Below are positions 27,646 to 32,000 of a stretch of DNA of 32,000 bases, one piece after another. The translations under genes were made by a program, and so were the position numbers. The DNA comes from Candidatus Saganbacteria bacterium (GTDB lineage Bacteria > Margulisbacteria > WOR-1 > JAKLHX01), in contig JAPLKZ010000005.1 of the NCBI GenBank assembly GCA_026387835.1, positions 180,001 through 212,000 of the forward strand, read 5' to 3'. The notes below the pieces were generated by a model. That model was given only the letters and a program-made list of their open reading frames with translations, made no database searches and had not been told where the DNA came from. Positions within the stretch are counted from its first letter, which is position 1. The number at the start of each line of letters is the position of its first letter.

Positions 27646-28051
27646 TCACGGCACAAAAAGGATCGGCATCGCCTTGTCAGATCCTCTGGGCACGACGGCC
27701 CTGCCGGTGACTGTCATTGCCAATGACGCAAAATTGTTCGATAATATCAAAAAGCTGGCTGAGGATTATGAGGCCGGCGAAATAGTCGTCGGGCTGCCTA
27801 AAGCTCTTGACGGAAGCATGGGCCTCTCCGCGGAGAAAGTCATTGACTTTGTGAAGAAACTGAAAGGCAAGATAAGAATACCGGTCATGACTTATGACGA
27901 GCGGCTATCGACCGCGGCAGCGCAAAAGATGCTTATCGGGGCCGATATGCGGCGCTCGCAGAGAAAAATGGTCATAGATAAAATAGCGGCAGCCTATATG
28001 CTCCAAAGTTATATGGACTCGAAAAAACGGGAAAGAAAAACCGATGAATGA
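27626..28051 (+). CDS. ruvX: YqgF/RuvX putative pre-16S rRNA nuclease (Holliday-junction-resolvase-like)
   Basis: The N-terminus MRILAVDHGTKRIGIALSD and DERLST identify the family. The size is 141 aa. The alaS-ruvX-mltG order is conserved in many bacteria. Confidence 0.9.
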   Translation: MRILAVDHGTKRIGIALSDPLGTTALPVTVIANDAKLFDNIKKLAEDYEAGEIVVGLPKALDGSMGLSAEKVIDFVKKLKGKIRIPVMTYDERLSTAAAQKMLIGADMRRSQRKMVIDKIAAAYMLQSYMDSKKRERKTDE

Positions 28052-29153
28052 AACAGGGAAAAAGATCTTTTTTATCGACGCGGTAAGATCAACCGTGAAA
28101 AGGACCTCGGGATATTTGAAAAAAAATAAATTCATATTGATCGGGCTCGTTTTTGTGGCCATTATGGCGGTCGCCGTTTTCCTGTCGGGGACTCTTTTCC
28201 TTTCAAAAGACCCTTTGGACAACAAGCTTATCAAAGTCACTGTCCCGAATACATTTACCACAAGGGAGATAGGCAGTTTGCTGTATTTGAGCGGGATAAT
28301 AGATAATACCGCGGCGTTCGACTTTTCGGCAAAAATGATCAGGCTCGATTCGCGGCTGAAGGCGGGCACGTATTTTTTCAGCCCGAGCATGACGGTACTT
28401 AATATCCTTACCGATCTGAACGAGGGAAGGACGGTGTTCGGGCCGGCAAAATTGACGATACCCGAAGGCTCTTCGATATACAAGATCGCGAGGACGATCG
28501 AAAAAAAAGGTATCATGATGGACGGGAGCATCGATTCGCTCTATTTCGACGGCATTTCCGAAAATTTAAGATCAAGATATCCGTTCCTTGCCAATCCAAA
28601 GACAAAGTCCCTTGAAGGCTATCTTTTCCCCGACACGTATTTTGTCCCGGACAGGATGACGGTGGACGCTTTGGTCGAATTAATGCTCGACCGTTTTGTA
28701 AAAGTAGTGATGCCTGTCTGGAACACTTCGGGTATCAAAAGATATTCTCTTCACGAGGTGCTGACGATAGCTTCGATAGTCGAAAAAGAAGCGCAGGTCG
28801 ACTGGGAAAGGCCGATCATCGCCTCGGTTTTTTTGAACCGCCTCGAGAACGGAATGCCGTTGAGGGCCGATCCCACGGTAAAATACGCCCTTGAAAGGCC
28901 GAAAAAGATAATTACTTATGAGGACCTCAAGGTCAGGTCGCCGTACAATACTTATATAAACAAAGGCCTGCCTCCGGGCCCCATCTGCAACCCCGGCCTG
29001 AAATCCATACTGGCAACGATCTATCCGGCAAGGACCAATTTCATATATTTTGTGTCAAACGGCAACGGTACGCACACTTTTTCGCCTGACTGGGCCGGCC
29101 ACGCGAAAGCGGTCGCAAAATACAGAAAAATAAGGGACCTGAAGGCAAGGTAG
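28044..29153 (+). CDS. mltG: Endolytic murein transglycosylase MltG (YceG-like)
   Basis: It has an N-terminal TM anchor. The YceG motifs LEGYLFPDTYF, ASIVEKEA, NRL...L..DPTV.Y and YNTY...GLPPGPI.NPG are present. Confidence 0.9.
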   Translation: MNETGKKIFFIDAVRSTVKRTSGYLKKNKFILIGLVFVAIMAVAVFLSGTLFLSKDPLDNKLIKVTVPNTFTTREIGSLLYLSGIIDNTAAFDFSAKMIRLDSRLKAGTYFFSPSMTVLNILTDLNEGRTVFGPAKLTIPEGSSIYKIARTIEKKGIMMDGSIDSLYFDGISENLRSRYPFLANPKTKSLEGYLFPDTYFVPDRMTVDALVELMLDRFVKVVMPVWNTSGIKRYSLHEVLTIASIVEKEAQVDWERPIIASVFLNRLENGMPLRADPTVKYALERPKKIITYEDLKVRSPYNTYINKGLPPGPICNPGLKSILATIYPARTNFIYFVSNGNGTHTFSPDWAGHAKAVAKYRKIRDLKAR

Positions 29154-29164
29154 TTATCGGTCAG

Positions 29165-30712
29165 TTACTCCCACTCGATAGTCGAAGGCGGTTTTGAGGA
29201 GATGTCGTACACGACGCGGTTTATCTGGGGCGATTCGTTGATGATGCGGCTCGAGATCGTCTCAAGAAGCTCATAAGGCAGTTTGGCCCAGTCCGCGGTC
29301 ATTGCGTCGTTCGAGGTCACCGCGCGTATCGCTATCGTGTTCAGATATGTCCTTTTATCTCCCATGACCCCGACGGTCCTTATGGGAAGCAGTACGGCAA
29401 AAGACTGCCAGAGTTTTGTGTAATAGCCGGCTTTTTTTACTTCGGTGACGACTATATCATCCACATCCTGCAGGATCTTCACCCTTTCTTTTGTGACCTC
29501 GCCGATTATCCTGATGGCCAGGCCCGGACCGGGGAAAGGCTGTCTTGAGATTATTTCTTCGGATATCTCCAATTCTCTTCCGAGAGCCCTTACCTCGTCC
29601 TTGAAAAGTTTCCGCAGGGGTTCGATCAGCTTGAACTTCATCTTTTTCGGGAGGCCGCCCACGTTGTGATGCGTTTTTATCCTGGCCGCCGATTTATTTT
29701 TTCCCGGCACGGCGCTTTCTATGACATCAGGATAAAGAGTTCCCTGGGCGAGAAAAGGTATCGTGCCCAGTTTTATCGCTTCTTCCTCGAAAGTGTGGAT
29801 GAACTCGTTCCCGATTATGTGCCGTTTTTGCTCCGGGTCGGTTACGCCTTTAAGCTTGGAATAGAAATGCTCCGAAGCGTCCACATATATAATGTTTATT
29901 TTAAAATTCTTCTCGAACATGACAGCGATCTTTTTCGCCTCGTCCTTTCTCATGAAGCCCTGGTCGATGAACATGCAGGTCAGCTGATCTCCAACCGCGC
30001 GGTGCACGAGGACGGCGACGGTCGTAGAATCGACGCCGCCTGAAAGCGCGCAGAGAATTTTGTCTTTTCCAACCATAGTTTTTATTTTTTCGGTCTGGCG
30101 TTCGATAAAAGATTTGGTGGTCCATGTGGCCTGGCTGTTGCAGATGATAAAGACAAAATTCTTTATTATATCGTCCCCGTATTCGGTATGGACCACTTCG
30201 GGATGGAACTGGACGGCATATAGTTTCTTTTCTATATTTCCTATCGCCGCGGCAGGCGTGTTCTGTGAATGCGCCATTATCTTGAACCCGGGAGGAGCTT
30301 TTTCAACGCTGTCGCCGTGGCTCATCCAGCAGTTTATCTGTAGAGGGATCCCCGCGAAAAGGTTCGTGTGGTCGTCGATGTTGAGCGGTGTTTTGCCGTA
30401 TTCCCTCACCGCGGACTCTTTTACGCTCCCTCCGAGTTCTTTTGCCATAAGCTGCATGCCGTAGCATATCCCGAGTATCGGGATCCCGCTTGTCAGTATC
30501 CCGGGATCAAGTTTCGGGGCGTCTTTTTCATAAACGCTGCTGGGCCCGCCGGAAAGTATTATCCCTTTGACTTCTTTTTTCTTTAATTCCCCGAGAGTCG
30601 TGGAGTAGGGGAGGACCTCGGAATAGACATTGCATTCCCTGACGCGCCGTGCGATGAGCATGCTGTACTGGGCGCCGAAATCAAGGACGACGATGAGGTC
30701 ATGCTTTTTCAT
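29165..30712 (-). CDS. guaA: GMP synthase (glutamine-hydrolysing)
   Basis: The GATase triad context GICYGMQ and HPEV, the ATP-PPase loop SGGVDSTT, and the C-terminal dimerisation end ...PPSTIEWE identify GuaA. Confidence 0.97.
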   Translation of the reverse strand: MKKHDLIVVLDFGAQYSMLIARRVRECNVYSEVLPYSTTLGELKKKEVKGIILSGGPSSVYEKDAPKLDPGILTSGIPILGICYGMQLMAKELGGSVKESAVREYGKTPLNIDDHTNLFAGIPLQINCWMSHGDSVEKAPPGFKIMAHSQNTPAAAIGNIEKKLYAVQFHPEVVHTEYGDDIIKNFVFIICNSQATWTTKSFIERQTEKIKTMVGKDKILCALSGGVDSTTVAVLVHRAVGDQLTCMFIDQGFMRKDEAKKIAVMFEKNFKINIIYVDASEHFYSKLKGVTDPEQKRHIIGNEFIHTFEEEAIKLGTIPFLAQGTLYPDVIESAVPGKNKSAARIKTHHNVGGLPKKMKFKLIEPLRKLFKDEVRALGRELEISEEIISRQPFPGPGLAIRIIGEVTKERVKILQDVDDIVVTEVKKAGYYTKLWQSFAVLLPIRTVGVMGDKRTYLNTIAIRAVTSNDAMTADWAKLPYELLETISSRIINESPQINRVVYDISSKPPSTIEWE

Positions 30713-30718
30713 ATATTG

Positions 30719-30724
30719 ATTTTA
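30719..30724 (-). promoter_or_regulatory. -10 box TAAAAT placed 6 nt upstream of the guaA ATG (leaderless-type promoter)
   Basis: The minus strand reads TGTAAAAT-caatat-ATG. No SD site is present. Confidence 0.4.
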
Positions 30725-30821
30725 CATTACAGAATGAAAACTATCAACCGACTCAAAATGAATGTTATGCTCCGCGCATATAAAAATACTATAAAATTGT
30801 GTGAAATTTCGCAAAAAAAAT

Positions 30822-30832
30822 GACGATAGATA
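30822..30832 (+). promoter_or_regulatory. GACGATAGATA motif, copy 2 (-10-like GATAAT/TAGATA core)
   Basis: It is identical to 243-253 and ends 72 nt before ATG 30905. Confidence 0.3.
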
Positions 30833-30854
30833 ATTAAGAAGATTTAAGGCTAAA

Positions 30855-30879
30855 TCTCTTGAGCTTGTAAAGCAAGAGA
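30855..30879 (+). promoter_or_regulatory. Hairpin in the 5' leader of the 199-aa orphan ORF
   Basis: TCTCTTG (30855-30861) pairs with CAAGAGA (30873-30879). An inner CTT/AAG extension across a 2-nt bulge leaves a 3-nt loop. AUUAUUUG follows, then the SD site AAGGAGG at 30893-30899. Confidence 0.3.
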
Positions 30880-30904
30880 ATTATTTGAATACAAGGAGGC
30901 TGAA

Positions 30905-31504
30905 ATGGCGAAATTAATTTCACCGGCAGAATTATCAACGAGATTTCGTCCGCAGATGGTGCAGGCTTTTGGTGTGAGACTGCCTATCCCAAGAGCGATA
31001 TCTAGCAGAGCTCCGCAATGGATACAAAGTGAAATATCCGCCACTGGATGTTTACGTCCGCAACATGACCGTCTTGCAGGGGATGTATCTCCGGAAAAAA
31101 TAAGTAAATTTTATGCAATCCCTCAAGCTTTAACAGGACTACGCTTTGATTTAAAGATTTCAACTGACACACAGGGCCGTATTCTCCCGTCATTGTTTCG
31201 GCCGAATAATTTTGCCGTGCTTCCGGGAAGTGCAGTTGAGTTTTCAGACATTCTTTACGGAAGAACTGCGGCTGCCTTTTTTGACCATCCGCAAGATGGT
31301 CTCCAGGTTCGTAGAGAGCCATTATATGAACATCTCTATCGTCTTGATACACTTGATCCTCCGGACGGCCACGGGATCCTAGTTGCAGTATTTCAGTTTG
31401 GAGTAATTAGTAACACAAAGGACGGATCAGATTCATCAAATTATGATGCGGGCGAGGGCTGGTGGCCCCTAGTACTTTCATTAAAAACTCCTGTTGATGA
31501 ATAG
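30905..31504 (+). CDS. Hypothetical protein, 199 aa, no family recognised (orphan between guaA and the guaB3-like gene, on the opposite strand)
   Basis: It is a 600-nt ORF with the strongest SD site in the window (AAGGAGG, 5-nt spacer). I see no TM segment, signal peptide or known motif. Competing minus-strand ORFs are shorter and lack SD sites. Confidence 0.65.
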   Translation: MAKLISPAELSTRFRPQMVQAFGVRLPIPRAISSRAPQWIQSEISATGCLRPQHDRLAGDVSPEKISKFYAIPQALTGLRFDLKISTDTQGRILPSLFRPNNFAVLPGSAVEFSDILYGRTAAAFFDHPQDGLQVRREPLYEHLYRLDTLDPPDGHGILVAVFQFGVISNTKDGSDSSNYDAGEGWWPLVLSLKTPVDE

Positions 31505-31525
31505 AGGCTAAAACCGAGGACGGCT

Positions 31526-32000
31526 CTACTTATACATCCCGAGCTGCTGTGCTTTCTGGAAGACTTTTCCTTCTGTTAAATTTGACGGTGCGATGACGAT
31601 ATCTACGGACTGCATCTCTTTGATGTTCGAGGCGCCGAGAGTGCCCATCGAAGTCTTTAAGGCTCCCACAAAGTTCTCTGAGCCGTCATCGAATTTCGCG
31701 GGGCCGAGAAGTATTTCTTTTAATGAACCGATAGTCCCGACTTTTATCCTTGTCCCGCGCGGAAGCACCGAATTCGGAGTGGCCATGCCCCAGTGAAAAC
31801 CTTTTCCGGGAGCTTCTTTGGATTTTGCAAGGGGCGATCCGATCATCACAGCGTCAGCTCCGCACGCGATAGATTTGCAGATGTCCCCGCCGACCACCAT
31901 TCCGCCGTCAGCGATAATAGAAACGTATTTTTTTGTCTTCTTGTAAAAATCATCCCTTGCGCAGGCGCAGTCAACGATTGCGGTAGCCATAGGTATTCCG
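31526..32000 (-). CDS. IMP dehydrogenase-family protein, GuaB3-like, C-terminal part (the 5' end lies beyond the window)
   Basis: IADGGMVVGGDICKSIACGADAVMIGSPLA is the IMPDH/GMPR barrel signature. GKGFHWGMAT and the C-terminal ...LTEGK...QQLGMYK resemble the CBS-less GuaB3 subgroup. The frame stays open to position 32000. Confidence 0.85.
   Translation of the reverse strand, partial: GIPMATAIVDCACARDDFYKKTKKYVSIIADGGMVVGGDICKSIACGADAVMIGSPLAKSKEAPGKGFHWGMATPNSVLPRGTRIKVGTIGSLKEILLGPAKFDDGSENFVGALKTSMGTLGASNIKEMQSVDIVIAPSNLTEGKVFQKAQQLGMYK

Noticed and set aside
30713-30904. A possible purine or other riboswitch in the 192-nt region upstream of guaA.
   Set aside because: Neither strand shows the conserved purine-riboswitch core. 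The guaA -10 box sits 6 nt from its ATG, which leaves no leader to fold.
30850-31044. A minus-strand 64-aa ORF with two CxxC pairs (CIHCG...16 aa...CTICG), which resembles a zinc ribbon, lying between guaB3-like and guaA on the same strand as both.
   Set aside because: It starts at GTG with no SD site. It overlaps 140 nt of the much longer, SD-led plus-strand ORF, and its C-terminal third runs through that gene's leader and hairpin. It is most likely chance, but the CxxC pairing is unusual enough that a ribosome-profiling or conservation check would settle the matter.
31002-31352. A minus-strand 116-aa ORF opposite the 199-aa orphan.
   Set aside because: It has no SD site and no recognisable motifs, and it lies entirely within the longer plus-strand ORF that has strong translation signals.
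30847-31512. The 8-bp direct repeat AGGCTAAA flanking the 199-aa orphan, read as a target-site duplication of a mobile element.
   Set aside because: No transposase, integrase or terminal inverted repeats are present. An 8-mer match is only weakly significant. The putative promoter motif (30822-30832) lies outside the repeat. It is mentioned as supporting detail only and is not called a mobile element.
1-32000. A window-wide look for CRISPR arrays, tRNA, rRNA, tmRNA or SRP RNA, IS elements, prophage or integrase genes, toxin-antitoxin pairs and known defence-system genes.
   Set aside because: None were found. The largest non-coding gaps are 192, 119 and 109 nt, and they contain promoter-like AT-rich sequence rather than structured-RNA signatures or spaced repeats.

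Overview
This is a compact stretch of bacterial chromosome that is almost entirely housekeeping. It uses the standard genetic code, and TAG, TAA and TGA all act as stops. An LptD/OstA-like gene implies a diderm. The lineage cannot be named from the sequence alone; the tight packing looks like an uncultivated, MAG-type genome. I support 26 protein genes in about 10 transcription units: tadA(-) | pyrR-addA-addB | rmuC-osmC | rpmE-prfA-prmC(-) | coaE | glgA-yebC-ycdX-like | uvrA-PC4-like-dnaB-lptD-like-tmk | one 918-aa NHL/FN3 surface protein | alaS-ruvX-mltG | guaA(-) and a guaB3-like gene(-) separated by an opposite-strand orphan ORF. A second orphan ORF and a truncated CDS sit at the left edge. 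I saw no rRNA, tRNA, CRISPR array, transposase, integrase, reverse transcriptase or recognisable defence gene, and I cannot honestly point to a clearly novel multi-gene system. Five things deserve a second look. (1) The lptD-like gene has its signal peptide and N-terminal domain cut off by a single in-frame TAG. (2) A -10 hexamer sits exactly 6 nt before the ATG of five operon-leading genes, which suggests leaderless mRNAs. (3) A 199-aa orphan with a Shine-Dalgarno (SD) site splits guaB3 from guaA and has atypical codon usage. (4) An identical 11-mer lies upstream of both orphan ORFs. (5) The surface protein ends in a tripartite tail that looks like a sorting signal. All functional calls rest on motif recognition by eye, not on database searches.
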